A stretch of 64,000 nt of DNA from Bacilli bacterium (GTDB lineage: Bacteria; Bacillota_I; Bacilli_A; RF39; UBA660). Below are positions 39,210 through 53,900 of this stretch, in pieces. The notes beneath the pieces are model-generated. The model was not told where the DNA came from and made no database searches. It saw only the letters and a program-made list of their open reading frames with translations. Numbering within the stretch: position 1 is the first letter of the stretch; every line of letters begins with the position of its first letter. Location: the NCBI GenBank assembly GCA_017553685.1, contig JAFZKH010000002.1, forward strand, positions 44,141-108,140. Direction: 5' to 3'. The position numbers and the translations under genes are program-made.

Positions 39210-39838
39210 AAATATCAGTATCAATTTTAAAAGAAAAAGATAATATAAAAGATGTAATAGAAAAAATAAATTTAACTGATGCAGATTATATTCATATAGA
39301 TGTACAAGATAATACTTATACATCCAATATTAGTTTTCCTGTGGAAACGTTAAATAATATTAGTGATTATAATAATAAAAAACTAGATATTCACTTAATG
39401 AGTAATAATCCTGAAGAGTTAATAGATGAATATTCTATATTAAACCCAGAATATATTACATTTCATTTAGAGGCTACTAATAATCCATATGGATGTATTC
39501 AAAAAATAAAATCTAAAGGTATTAAAGTAGGAATTGCTTTAAATCCTGAAACTGATATTAATAATTTAGTAGAATACTTACCATATATTGATTTAGTATT
39601 AGTTATGAGTGTTACTCCAGGTTTAGGTGGACAATCATTTTTAGATAATACTTCATATAAAATGGAAGAAATATCTAAATTAAAAGAAAGGTTTAGTAAT
39701 TATATAATATCTGCTGATGGCGGTATTAATGATAAAACAATAAATTTAATAAGGGATTATGTTGATATGGTTGTATCAGGTAGTTTTATTACTGATAGTA
39801 ATGATTATCAATATAGTATAGATTTATTAAAAGAATAG
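39206..39838 (+). CDS. rpe: Ribulose-phosphate 3-epimerase
   Basis: ISVSIL...IHIDVQD...MSVTPGLGGQSF motifs. Confidence 0.9.
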   Translation: MKISVSILKEKDNIKDVIEKINLTDADYIHIDVQDNTYTSNISFPVETLNNISDYNNKKLDIHLMSNNPEELIDEYSILNPEYITFHLEATNNPYGCIQKIKSKGIKVGIALNPETDINNLVEYLPYIDLVLVMSVTPGLGGQSFLDNTSYKMEEISKLKERFSNYIISADGGINDKTINLIRDYVDMVVSGSFITDSNDYQYSIDLLKE

Positions 39839-39848
39839 GAGATAGGGT

Positions 39849-41867
39849 ATGAAGAAAAGTGAAAACAAGTCTACAACTAAGACTAAAGCTAAAGCAGTTA
39901 AAGTAGAAAAAACTGAAGAAGTAAAAGAAGAAGTTGTAGAAAAAGTAAAAGTTGAAAAAGTTAAGACTAAAAAAGAATTCAAAATAACTAATAAACATAA
40001 AATAATTGCAGGATGCGTACTTGGTGCAGTTATTATTTTATGTTTATGTTTATTCTTATTTAGATCTAAAGTAGATACTATTACTAGAGTTAAAAAGATT
40101 GCTTCTGCTAAATATTATAGTGTTGAATGTTTAAACACTGAATGTGATTATATAGTAGCAGCTAAAGGCGATAAATTAGGTAAAATTAAAGTAGATATCT
40201 TTAATGCTAGTGGTAATAAAGTAGCTAAGTTTAAAGATAAATATTATAGTAAAAATACTTATCTATTAGATGTTAGTGATGTATCTAAAAACTATATTAT
40301 ATTTAAGAAAGTAGGTAAAACTACTAATAATGTAGAAGGATATACAATTGCTAATACTAAAGGTAAAGCTAAGTATTCTACTGGTAATAAGTTAACTAAG
40401 ATTAATAATAATTTAATCTCTGAAGTTGATACTAAAGATAACATGTATTATATACTTACTAGTAAAGGTAAAGTAATTTATGATGGAGTATCTAGTATAA
40501 ATGTATTTGCAAGTGGTAAAATTGTTGCTTTATCTATTAGAGGTAATAATATACTTATAAATGAAAATGGTGAAAATATTTTAAATGGTTATACTGTATC
40601 AAAAGATGTAGTAAATGCTAATGGAGAAACTCTTTATTTAGTTGTTTCTGATTCAAAAGGTAATGGATACTATTATTTTGATATTAATTCTAATAAGATT
40701 ATTGGGCAATCATTTAATGGATATACAGCATCTGAAAATGAAGGAGAATTAATTATAACTAGAAAAGATAATAATTCTACTTCAAAATATATTTTAAGTG
40801 CTAATGGTAAACAAGTTAAAATGGAAGATGAAACTGTAAGTGAAAGAGTATCAGACATTAAAGAAAAACTTGGTAGTGATTATGCATTATATGTTTCATC
40901 TGTTATTAAAGCAGATCAAAGATATGTATTTGTTAATAAAATAAAAGATTCATCATTTGGTATATATGATGTTAATAGTGGTAAATATACTAAACTATAT
41001 AATTATTCATCTGATTCAAAATCTACAACTATTTATGATTTAGAATCTAAAGGTGATACTGTTTATATGCAAGCAGAATGTTATCAAGGATATTGTGATA
41101 AAGATACACTATATGTATATGATTTAACTAATAATAAAGAATTATTTAAATCAGTAGGAGAAACTGGTGTACAAAAATATGCTGAGTATACTAATGGTTA
41201 TAAAGTAATTAGATATTCAAATAATGCTGAGAATGAAAAGTATCAAGGTAAATATGTTTTATTTGATAAGAAAAATAAAGAATTATTAGTGTCTCCTAAT
41301 ATTATTATTCCGGTTGGAGAAGATAATATTTTTGGAGAAGTAGTATCTTCTAAAGCATTAATTTTATATTCTACAAAAGATAAAAAAGCATTAAATAATG
41401 ATAATTATTTAGGAAGTAAGATTAATGTTAAGAGTAGTTATGTATATAAATTTTCTGATAAAGATAATACATATTTATATAGTAGTACTGGTAAAAAATT
41501 AGTATCTATTAAGACATCAGATGCTAAAATGATATATTCTGATGAGACTATAATTTATATTTTAAATGGAAAAGTAAATATAGTAGATCCTACTACTGGT
41601 AAAACTAAAAAATATAGATTAAAAGGTGAAGAAAGAATAAATGACTTATCAGGAGATACTATACCTCCATATAGAAATTCTTTATATGTTAATAATACTG
41701 CTAAAGACTATGTAAAAGTAGTTAATGTAAGAGGTAAAACTGTTAAGAAAATTAAAGGTGTAGAAATCAAAGAAGTTACTAAAAATGATAAGACAAATAA
41801 TGTAATTATTATTGTTAGAAAACTTGAAAAGAATAATAATACTTTTGGTTTATATATTGCTAAATAA
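39849..41867 (+). CDS. Type-II membrane-anchored surface protein with KE-rich N-terminus and beta-rich repeat ectodomain
   Basis: Charged N-terminus, one TM helix (IIAGCVLGAVIILCLCLFLF) and a repetitive beta-strand-rich extracellular region. No known catalytic motifs. Confidence 0.55.
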   Translation: MKKSENKSTTKTKAKAVKVEKTEEVKEEVVEKVKVEKVKTKKEFKITNKHKIIAGCVLGAVIILCLCLFLFRSKVDTITRVKKIASAKYYSVECLNTECDYIVAAKGDKLGKIKVDIFNASGNKVAKFKDKYYSKNTYLLDVSDVSKNYIIFKKVGKTTNNVEGYTIANTKGKAKYSTGNKLTKINNNLISEVDTKDNMYYILTSKGKVIYDGVSSINVFASGKIVALSIRGNNILINENGENILNGYTVSKDVVNANGETLYLVVSDSKGNGYYYFDINSNKIIGQSFNGYTASENEGELIITRKDNNSTSKYILSANGKQVKMEDETVSERVSDIKEKLGSDYALYVSSVIKADQRYVFVNKIKDSSFGIYDVNSGKYTKLYNYSSDSKSTTIYDLESKGDTVYMQAECYQGYCDKDTLYVYDLTNNKELFKSVGETGVQKYAEYTNGYKVIRYSNNAENEKYQGKYVLFDKKNKELLVSPNIIIPVGEDNIFGEVVSSKALILYSTKDKKALNNDNYLGSKINVKSSYVYKFSDKDNTYLYSSTGKKLVSIKTSDAKMIYSDETIIYILNGKVNIVDPTTGKTKKYRLKGEERINDLSGDTIPPYRNSLYVNNTAKDYVKVVNVRGKTVKKIKGVEIKEVTKNDKTNNVIIIVRKLEKNNNTFGLYIAK

Positions 41868-41884
41868 TTTTATTAAAAAATATA

Positions 41885-41912
41885 AAAAACTAGTATAAAA
41901 CTAGTTTTTTTT
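41885..41912 (+). terminator. Rho-independent terminator
   Basis: AACTAGT-ATAAA-ACTAGTT followed by T8. Confidence 0.5.
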
Positions 41913-41972
41913 ATGTTATAATTTTATTAGTATTGATAATAAAAATAGGGTATCAATTTGGAGGTATTTGTT

Positions 41973-44900
41973 ATGAAGAAGAAAAGAATAGGAAAAGTTA
42001 TAGCAGCATCGTTAATAGTAGTATTAGTAGCTGCTATTTTTGGCATTTTAAAGTTATCTAGTGTAGATAAATATAAAGGCTTAGTTACAATTAATAAAGC
42101 TAGTTTATCTAGTATATCTACTAAACTTAGTGCTAATATTAGTGATTTATCTGAAGATAACAATATTGAGGTAAAAGGATATGATGAGATAGATTATAAT
42201 ATTTCATACAAATTATCTGAAGTACCAGGAGAAAGAGATGTTATTATTAACGCTAAGATAAACGAAAATGATCAGTATGCTACTTTTAAAGAAGTAACTG
42301 GTACTGATATAACATCAGTTTTATCAGCAGATAGAAAAGAAATAACTATTACTCTTAAGAATCTTCCTTCTAATGAAGAAATTACTAGTAAAGTAACAAT
42401 GCTTATTGTAAATGCTCCAAAAGGATATACAGTAAGACCTTCAATTAGAATTAAAGAATCTACATCAGATGAATATACTACTGTAGCTGTTAGAGATGTA
42501 ACTGTTAATACATCAAGTGTACAAGGTACAGTAATTGATGAAGAAGGTAATAGAGTACCAAATATAATAATTGCCCTAAAGAAAAATAATCAAATTATCA
42601 AAGAGACTTATACAAATAGTGATGGTATATATACATTAAGTGATATTACTCCAGATACTTATTCAGTAGTAGTTAATGAAGAAAACTATGAAGATTTAGA
42701 ATTAAATAACTTATATATCAAAGATGGTAATCAACTTAATTTAATTGTTAAGAAAGTATTCCCATATAGAATTGAAACTAATAAATATATTACAAAAGTT
42801 GAATTAAATAACTTAGGATCTAAAAAAGATTATTTATATAACGATGTAAAACTTGCTAATATACCAGTTAGAAAAGTTAATAACTTACATGGTAAGATTT
42901 ATTATAAAATAACTGTTCAAAATACTGGAGAAAAAGCTGGTATTATTTCATCAGTTAAAGATGAATTACCAGAAGGATTAAGTTTTGATGAAAAATTAAA
43001 CTCTGGTTATGAACTTAAAAATGGAATTATTTATAATAGAAACCTAGAAGGTATAGAACTTAGTGCAGGAGAACAAATCTCTGATACATTAATTCTTACT
43101 ATTGAAAATACTGATGTTGCTAAAACATATATTAACAAAGTAAATGCAAGAGGAGAATTATATGAACATGTTATTTACTTACTAGATGGAAGAACATATA
43201 AAACATTAGATGTACTAGAAGGTGAAACAATTGATGAACCTACAGTAAGTGCACAAAACTTCTCTGGTTGGTATACAGATGAAACATTAACAAATAAATA
43301 TAAATTTGAATTACCTGTAGAAAAAGATTTAATTCTATATGGTGTAACTGCTAAGAAACATATTGTTAAATTTAATGATAAACATCCAGAAACATTAGTA
43401 GAAACTCCATATGATGAAAAAGAAGTTGACAATGGTGAACCAGTAACAAAACCTGCTACTGATCCTGAAAAAGAAGGATATGACTTCTGTGGATGGACTA
43501 AAGATGGTGTAGTATGGGATTTCCATACACCAGTAACAGAAGATTTAACATTAGTATCTAAATACTGTATTAAATCATATAAAGTTGAATTCTATGATAA
43601 GAGTGCTTCTAATGGAGCAGAATATGAAAAGATTGGAGACATCTCAAAAGAATATAAGAGTACTCTAAGTAATAGTGAAGCTCCTGATTTATCAAATGCT
43701 TGGATAGGACATAATTTCCTTAGATGGACAACTGATCAAGCAGGTGATACAGAATATAGCTTTAATACTCAAATTAAAGAAAATATTAAATTATATGCTC
43801 AATACTCATTACAAGATAGATCATTTATCTTTAATGATGAAAACAGAATAACAGAAAAATTTGTTAAATATGGTGAAACAGTTGAAGCTATCACTGATCA
43901 AGGTAAAGATGGACATTCATTTGTTCATTGGTCTTTAGAAGTAAATGGTCAAACACCATTTGACTTTAGTACTCCAATTTATCAAACAACAACAGTTTAT
44001 GCAGTATATCAAATTAATCAATATCATGTAATATTTAATGATACTGACCCATGGACAAATGTAACTGAACAATATGATGATCAAATAGTTAATCATGGTG
44101 GAAATGCTATTGAACCGGTAGAACCTCAAAAAGAAGGTCACACATTCTGTGGATGGAAATTAAATGGTAATGATTATAACTTTAGTACACAAGTAACTGA
44201 TAATATTACTTTAGATTCTTGTTATACAAAGAATAAAGTAAATGTTTACTTTATGAATGATACTGATATATGGGAAACAAAAGAAGTACCATATGCAGAT
44301 AAAGTAACAGCTCCATTAACTAGTCCAACTAAAGAACATAAGATATTCTCATATTGGTCAGAAGATGGAATAACACCATTTGATTATGATACTCAAATAA
44401 AAGAAGAAAAATATTTATATAGTGTATTTGAGGATATAACTCCTCCAATTATTGCTCATCAACCATTATATTGGACAAATGATAAAGTTCTAGTAACAAT
44501 TAGTCATGCAAGTCCTGTATTAACATTTAAATATAAAGTTGATGATGGTGCTTATGAAGATTATGCAGGAGCATTTGAATTATCAACTAATTCAACAATA
44601 GTTGCTAAATCATTATATGAAGATACTGAATCAGAAATTGTTTCACATGATGTAACAAATATCGATAAATTAAATCCAGAGATTGGTGATATAACATTTA
44701 CACCATCTCAAACAACAATTCTTATATCTGGAACAATGACTGATAATCAATCAGGTATTGCTCAAATAAGAGTTTATAGAGATAATACAACATCTGGAAC
44801 TATTAATGGTACAGTAATTGATGCTGATTTAAGAGATTATACAAAAACAAAAGATATGAATGTTGTTGTATCAGAATTAGAACCTGATACTGAATATACA

Positions 44901-47900
44901 TTTAGAATAGTAGTAACTGATGGAGCTGGTAATGAATCAGAACAAACAGTTACTGCATCAACATCTCCAGTTGAACCAATATGTCAAATTATTTCAGTTG
45001 ATGGTGTTGATTTAAATCCTGATGATTATATGCCATTCACATTATTAGAATATGCAATTGAAGATTCTCATTGTGATAATAAATGTACAATTCAAATGTT
45101 AAAAAGTACAAATGAATCTGTTGAAATTCTTAATACTCAAGATATTACATTAGATTTAAATGGTAAGACTGTAGCAGGTGTTCTTCCTGGATATACAGTT
45201 AATAACATGGGTGAATTTACATTAATAGATAATGGAACTTCAACTGGTGGATTAATTAATGGTAATGGTATAGCTGTTTACAATAACGAAAATGCTAAAT
45301 TTACTATGGGTGAGGGAAGTTCTGATCCTACTACTGATGGCCTTGGTAGAACAGTTTCTATCACTGCTCCATATGTATTTGGTGATTCATATGGTGTTTA
45401 TTCAGAACATGATGCTTTATTCTCATTCTTTGATGGTAAAGTTAGAGGTACAAATGCTATTCAAGGTGAAGTTAATGAAACAGAGTATTTATACAATGCA
45501 ACTTCATCTCAAGTGAATGATTATGAAGAAGTTATCTTAGCTATTCAAACTGAACCAGAAGCAAGAATTAATAAGAGTAAATATTATTCAAATATTAATG
45601 TTGCTACTGTAGATGCTAAAGGTGGTACTTCTGAAATTCAACAATCACAAGATTCGTTCTTAAGTGGATTTACACATGTAGATACTGATCCTATTATTAA
45701 TGTTGAACAAGTTAATCCAAATGGATTCCCATTTGTATATGATGCAGAAAACGATATATTAAAGTCTGGTAATCAATATTATGGTTCTATGGCATTCACT
45801 GAAACAATCATAGATTTAACTAATTATGCTGAAGATCAAGTGTTTGAAATAGAATATTATGTTAATCCTAATGTTGATGGTTCAAAAGGCAATTATAATA
45901 TTCAAGTATATCCAATAACTGATGATAATGTTATTTTATCATCTGCTGTATATACAATTTATAATAATGATAATTTAAGAGCATATAGATTAACAGCTGG
46001 TCGAAAATATAAAGTTTCAATTTCATATTTACAACCTGTTAGTCTTGTAAAGGCTGAATATACTGATAATGGATATGGTTTAGAAATTCTTCCATATTAT
46101 AATTCAATACCTGAATCAAGATTAGTTATTACAAGAGCTTCTCTTCACGTTGAAGAAAGAACTAAAACAGATGAAGAATTAATTGATGGAAATAATAAAG
46201 CAGTTGGATTCTATTATGATCCTACAACAGATACAATTAGATCAGATAGTCAATATGATAAGACCTCTGATTCTGCATATGCTTATGGTTATTATGAATT
46301 AGACTTAACTAATTATGAAGGCGAATATGAAATTAATTTAACAGCAAGTCTAGAAACATATGGTAATAGTTATGGATGTGCATATATTACAGAAGATAAC
46401 TATAATAACACAAAAGATTGTTATGCAAATTCTACTAATAAAATGCTTGTTAACTTCTATTCTTATTCTTCTTCATCATATGATACAGAACCTTATACAG
46501 GATATCCTTTAGGATACGATATAGTAGGTCCTTATACTGGTTATAGAACTCTTCAAGGTGGTAAGAAATATTATCTTAATTTAGTTTATTTAAAATATAA
46601 CTTAGAACGTAGACCTGAAAAAGAAGGCTTCATAGAAAATGATATAGCTGACCAATTTATAGTAAATAATATTAAGATTTATAAAACTGGTAATACGCAA
46701 GATATTGATATGGCTGCAGAAGTAAAAGGTACTGCTTTTGATTATGATAATCCATTTACATTTAATAATGTAGAATATTATGGACTACAACATTTTAATA
46801 ACAGTGATGTTAATGATTCATATATTAAAATAGACTTAACTGATGCTACAAGTGATAAGTTATTTGAGTTTGATAGATATGGTTCTACATATTATAACTA
46901 TTATTCAACTTATATAACTACAAATAATAGAGCTTTAACAGTTGATGAAGTTAAAACTAATAGAAGAGATTTAGCTCTAGTTAAAGACGATATATATGCA
47001 ACTGGTAATATATATCGTTATGATGATAATTCTTCATACTCTTATGGTGGAGGAACTAATAAGATTTATCTTGAAAAAGGAAATGTATATTATATTCACT
47101 TTAATGTAAGACTTGGTGCTTATGGTTATAGTTATCATAATGATGAGTATGATTGTAATTCAACAAGTGGATATTGTGGTGACATGATTAGTGGAATGAG
47201 ACTAAGAGACACAAGTAATACTATTCTAAATATGGGTAAATTACCAATAACTGTTGGTTCTGTTAATGTAGATAATTCTGAAGAAGAAAGTACTACAATT
47301 ACTCAATCTACAGGTGATGTAGTTAATCCAAACGGAATGATGACTGGTTCTTATGTCTGGGATTCCGATAGAAATATGTATGTATTAGCTCATCCTATTG
47401 AGTATTATCAAGCGGCAGGATGGACTGGTGAAATAGATTTAACAAATGAAACAGAGTCAAGTTTGTATCAATTCTTATATGAATATGATCCAACTGGTAA
47501 CTTATCTATATATGCATACTATACAGTTGATGAATTATATCCTATTAAATATACGAACTATGGTAGTGGTCCAGCATATCCAGAAGGATATAATTATATA
47601 AGTACAAATGGATATATAAATTTAGAGCCTGGACATAAATATTATTTATATGTAATGTCATATAGAAACTCGAGAAGTAATATTACGACAAATGCATTTA
47701 GGTTTGATAAAGTTGAGGGAGATAGAACAAAGGAATATACTAAGGGTGAAAAAGTAATCTCATTTAATGAAGATGTTGATGAAATTCAACTTCTTAAAAA
47801 TATTCAATTAAGTTCTACACTTGTATTTGATTATGATAAAGAAGTAGTATTAGACTTAAATGGATATAAGTTAACATCAAATTTAAATGGAGCTTTAATT

Positions 47901-50900
47901 AATAACTATGGTAAGTTAACAATTAAGGATAGTCATTATGAAAATCAAACTTCTGAAACTAAAACACATAGAGGTATTTTAGAAAGTACAGCAGGAAATA
48001 TTATTAAAAATAATATAGATGCTGAGTTGATAATAAAGAATGTTAGAATTAACATTGATACTAAAAGTAGATATGGTATCGAAAACTATGGTAATGTTAA
48101 ATTTGCAGATGGTTATGATTCTAAGATTTATGTTAATGCTCTTAGAGCATATGGTATTTATAATTATAGTAGTGGTAGAATTGATGATACTTCTGATTCA
48201 ATTGAAATTGTAATGAATTATCGTAATCAAGCTGAATTACCTTATAGTAGTTTATATAAGAGTTTATATGATAGTAATCAAATTAGTTATTATTCAAGTT
48301 ATATAAATACTGGTATTTATAATAGCGGTTATTATAATGCTTCTGGAATGAAAATCTCTGGTAAGCATGGTACTGGTTTTGATAATCAATCATCAGGTAC
48401 TGCTGTTATTAAGACTTCTAATATATCTGTAGATATTAATACATATGATAAGAGACTTCATGATGAGTATAGTGATTATAACTATAGATATGTTTATACA
48501 TCAAGATATGGTACTGATTATTATGCGACAATAACAGATTATTCTATAAAAAATGCTGGTACTATGACATTAATGAATGGTACAAATGTGGGAACTAGAA
48601 CATATAATACTGGTCAATTATTTGTTACTAATAGTTCTACACTTGACTATTTAGATAATGAGAATAAACTTGTTGCAAATAATTGGGCAGAAATGAGTAA
48701 TCTTTTAAATAAGAATTCAACTATTTTCTTTGATGTTTCATATGGTGTAACTAATCAAATAGATAACTATGGTGATTTACAACTTAGAAACTATTCTGCT
48801 ACTAGTTCAACTATTAATAATTATAGTGAACTTACAGGTGATTCCCTAAATCTAGGTACTATTAATAACGAAGGTAATATGAGATTTGTTAATGGTTCTT
48901 CAAAGTATGTTAATAATGCGGGAACAGCAAGAGCAGAAAACTTTAGTGTAATAGCTGATCCTGATGTTCATTCAGAAAATATAAAAAATAGTGGTATTTT
49001 AAATCTTACACAAAACTGTACTATTGGTGATTCAAGTAATCCTACTACATATGGAATACTAATGGTTCCAGCAGGAGGAGGAGCTCAATCTAACCCATAT
49101 AAACAAGTTGAATTAAATATGGGTATAGAAGGTACTACTAATAGTCCAAATATATATGTATATGGTAAGAATACAGGTATAGCAGGTAATTGTTATAGAA
49201 CTAAGAAAAATCCGGTTTATTCAATAACAGGTACTGGATCAAATGAACGTGTAAATGCTTCTGTTGGAGATTATTTCCAATATTTAAATGGCGATATCGA
49301 AGTATTAGATCAATCAAATTATGATCAAGATTTATGTGTATTTAATATGTATAATGGATATGTAACTTCAATAGATAATCCAAATACTCCTGTTAAAGCA
49401 GTAAGTATTCCAATTAATAATACATTAGATAATGAATATACATATTTTGGTGGAGGTTTAAGATTATTTGATAAAGATCAAGCTATTTCTACAAATTATA
49501 CTTCAAACGTTGTTAAGATAGGAAATACTGATTATATTTCTCTTCAAGATGCTGTTGATAGTATAACAACAGATACACCTACAACAATTGATATACTATG
49601 GTATACAGATGTGTCTAGTGTTGTAATTCCAGAAGGAAGAAATATAACACTTAACTTTACTCAAGATCATAATTCATTTGTATATGCTAGAGATGGTGGT
49701 ATTATCAATTATGGAAATTTAACAGTACAAGGTGCTGGTAAGTTAATAAATATTGGTAAATATGCATTTATCAACTATGGAACTATTACATTTGCTGGTG
49801 GTGATTATTTAGATAACTGGCAATATACTAGAATGGAACGTTCATTATTAAAGAACTATGGAACTGCAATTGTTAATGATGGTAGTATTTCTGGTCTAGA
49901 CTTAAATAACTTTGGTGAATTAACTATTAATAATGGTTCATTAAAAGGCACTATGGTTTATGGAACTGGAACTGATTCATTAACAACTATTAAGGGTGGA
50001 TACTTCTATGGTACATCTTCAGAAACTATTGATACATATCATGGATTTAAGACTGAAGTTAAGGAATATAAAACTAACCTTAGTTGGAGACATATGATTG
50101 AATTAAATCAAGGTGCAACAGCTGTCATTGATGGTTTAAATACTGAAACAGATACAAGATATACATATGTAAGACCTATTGCGCATCTTGATAATTCAAC
50201 ACTTATTTTTAAGAATAGTGTAATTAAAGAATTATCTAGTGAATATAATCCTATTAGATATATTTCTGCTGAATATAATTCTAATGTTATATTTGAAAGT
50301 GGTACTTATGAAAATATTTATATAGATGATAATGCATCTAAAGTTACTGTAACTGGTGGTAGCTTATCTGCTTATTCAAATGAGGATGTCAACTATAACC
50401 TAATGTTTTTACATGGTTCAACACCTAAAGCAGAAGTAACTGGCGGTGAATTGTATTCTAAGAAACGTGCTATTGGTTTATCTGATTTCACAAATGGTTA
50501 TGAAATTGTAATTGGTACAAAAGGTGACAAAGATGAAAATGATGAACTAATTGTATCTAAAACAAGTCCAAGTATAACTGGAGATATATATTCAGTTGCT
50601 AAATATGGTTCTGGTTCAGGTGTTGGTTATACAGGATTCTTTGATGGAATTTTAAAAGGTAGTACAGCAGCATCTGATATTAACTTTGATGAAATTGAAG
50701 ATGACTTTGAAATCATTGATGATACTGAAACATCTAAATTTACTAAGTATCTTGATCAAAAAGATCTAGTATATAACTCAACAACTGGAGTAACTTATAA
50801 ATCATTCCAAAAAGCATTTAGTGAAGCTACAAATGGTGATCAATTAGAGACTCTTAGAACTTATACAAATACTAAGACTACAGCAACAATTGTTATCCCA

Positions 50901-53900
50901 GAAACATCTAACTTTACATTACATATTAAACACGAAATAACTGTTAATAATGATACATTTATTGTAAATAATGGTACCGCAGAGTTTATTAGTTATCCTA
51001 CAACTGTAACTAATAATGTTTCTCATGAAGGTAGAATTAGTGTTAATGTAGCTAGTAAAGTGTTTGTTAATAATGGTACTTTAACATTAAAAGTTAACAT
51101 GGACGATTTAAAATCTGATGGAACAAATAGAGAAGTTATTTTAAATGAAGAAGGTGCAACATTAAATGTTGACCGTTCTAACATTACATCAGTTCAACGT
51201 GTAATTCTTAATAATGCTGGTACATTAAATATGAATGTAGGTGGTACTGAAAGTAATCATACTTCAACAATATTTACAATGGTATATGTTCCTGGTGATT
51301 CTTCATCAGTAGACTATGCTTTAGTAAATACTGGTACTGCAAATATTAATTACTTTACTTTAGATTCTCAATATATTAGACCAATTTTATTCAATTCAGG
51401 AAGAATGGTTGTTGATCATTCATTATTTAATCAAACTGGTTCAATAATTAATGTTGCTGCTACTCAAAGTGGATTAGAGTCTCCTGTATATAACTATAAT
51501 TACTTAGAAATTAAGAATAGTAATTTATATTATGTTCCTTCTAAAATTAATTATGATAGTATATATATGTATTTATATACCATTACAGGTTATTACTTTA
51601 GTAGTAGTCCAGAAAATACTTTAGGTAATAATGAAAATGCTACATTAATTCTAGATAATAACAGCATGGATACATCTGTTTTAGGTTTAGTTTACCAAGA
51701 TGGTTACATTAGATCTTATGGTTATCAAAATGATATTCATTATGCATTATTAAAAACTGTTCCTAACCAAGTTATAGTTAAGAATTCTGAATTACATAAT
51801 ATGGCTGGTGTTGTTCAAGCTAGAGGTTATGTAGATATCCAATTTATAGATAATACATTTAATATAAGAGATTTCTTTATTCAATCATTTAGTAAACGTG
51901 AATCATATAGAAATTATTATGATAATCGTGTATTAACAATTTATGCTCCACAACTAAAAGAAAGTGATGGTGCTAGTGAAAGTGTTGATATTAGATCTAA
52001 CGTTCTAATTGATGGTGGTACATATAATACTAATGCTTATATATATGTTGATAGAGATTATACAGCATTAACTAATGAAACATTAACGATAACTACACAA
52101 TCATACATGTTCCATATTTCACCATTAGAAATTAACTGTCCAACAGTTATAAGGGATGCTACAATTAATGTTTCTCCTTTAGCAAGTAAATCAAATCATC
52201 AATCTTATTACTCAGAATATGATGCAATATTTGAAGAATATATTAAAAAGATTGAAGGAAGACCTTCTTCATATCAAAATATGATTTACACAACAAGTAC
52301 ATGGAATTGGCTTGGTGCTGTTACAACATTCCAACCAGTAACAGTTATTAATTCTGAAATTAGTGTAACTGATGCTGATAGTGAAATGCCTGCTATTAAA
52401 GGTTATAGTGAAAATGCAATTATAACAATCGGAGAAAAAGATGGTAATTATAATGAAAGTTCTCCTAGATTATTCTCACAAAAGACTGGATATCCAGTAA
52501 GCTTCTATAGAAATCTTGGAGGTGTAAACTTCTATGATGGTGTTATTGAAACAGGAGCTAGTTATGGTATTCTTGTATATAATGAAATGGAAGATTTAGA
52601 TAAACATTTCTTAGATAAAGAAACTGATTATATTATTACTGGTACAAGTAAAAAGAGATATCTATCAAGAGAAAGCATTATTAAGAATGTTACTCAAGAT
52701 ATAGAATATAGTGATATTAATCAAGCATTTAATAGTGCTAATTCTGGTGATGAATTAGAAGTATTAGTTAATTATGTACCTACAGGTATTGAAACTTATA
52801 CAATTAATAGTAAAGAATTTACACTTGATCTAAAAGGTTTACTATTCACAGTTAATTTAGAGGTATCTAATGCAAGTGATATTTCAATTGTAGATACTAT
52901 TGGTGGTGGTAAAGTTTCAAGTGCTAAAGTTTATGACACATCAGAATTATCTATAAATAATAATTCTATTAATATTGATGGATACAATTCTTCGATAATT
53001 AATATTGCTCGTGAGAGTAAATGCACTATAAATATGCATGATAATTCAGTTTTAAATTTTGAAAATACTATTGTACCTAATGCACAAAATATAAACGCAA
53101 ATGTAAATACAGCTGCATTTATGTATGATGATTCTTCAATAAATATAACAGATAGTAAAATAGCTAGAGTAGAATTAAATGATAATTCAACATATGCATC
53201 AACTTGTACAACAGATGCTGATTTATATGTAGCTACATTTGATAATAATTCGACTGAAACAATAGAAATTTCTTGTGGTAGATATGGTGCTGGTACTAAT
53301 AACGGAAGTGTACATATTATAGGTGGTAAATACGGTGATTATAGTTCAATAGATAACTATGGTACAACAGTTTTTGATGGTGGTGGAACACACAGTATTT
53401 ATAACAGAGATGTTGGTATTGTAACAATAAATGATGGTACATTCTATAGAGTAAATAATGTTGGTCAAATGACTGTTAATGGTAGTAACATTACTGAATT
53501 ACGTGGTGGGGGAATATTAAATATTACAGGCGGTTATATTAAAGATATGATTAATGGTAGTACAACTACAATGACAGGTGGTACTATTGGAAAATATATT
53601 CATTCTGGAACATTTAATTTACTTGGTGGTAAACTTGGTATGCTTACTACTCAAACTGGTACTATTAATATTGGTGTTAAAGATGGCATTATAAATAGTG
53701 AAGAACCTGAAATTAATACTGAATATTACTATAGTGAAACACCATATACTGGATTAAGTATTCATGATGGAACTATACTTAACTTCTATGATGGATTTGT
53801 TATTGGAGCATCATCACCAGGAGCTATCACTGGTAAGATTAGTGATACTGAACCTGGTTATAAGATTGGTGTTGTAGATATAGGTGATGGTAAAGAAAAA

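Noticed and set aside
39009-39998. Minus-strand ORFs 39009-39323 and 39789-39998 overlapping rsgA/rpe and the surface-protein gene start
   Set aside because: Low-complexity F/L/Y-rich translations, antisense to conserved housekeeping genes.
40673-45516. Short ORFs (40673-40858 -, 41927-42163 -, 43175-43432 -, 43935-44141 -, 45292-45516 +) inside the surface-protein genes
   Set aside because: They lie within long uninterrupted + strand ORFs with coherent domain architecture. The + strand one at 45292 is an alternative frame of the giant gene.
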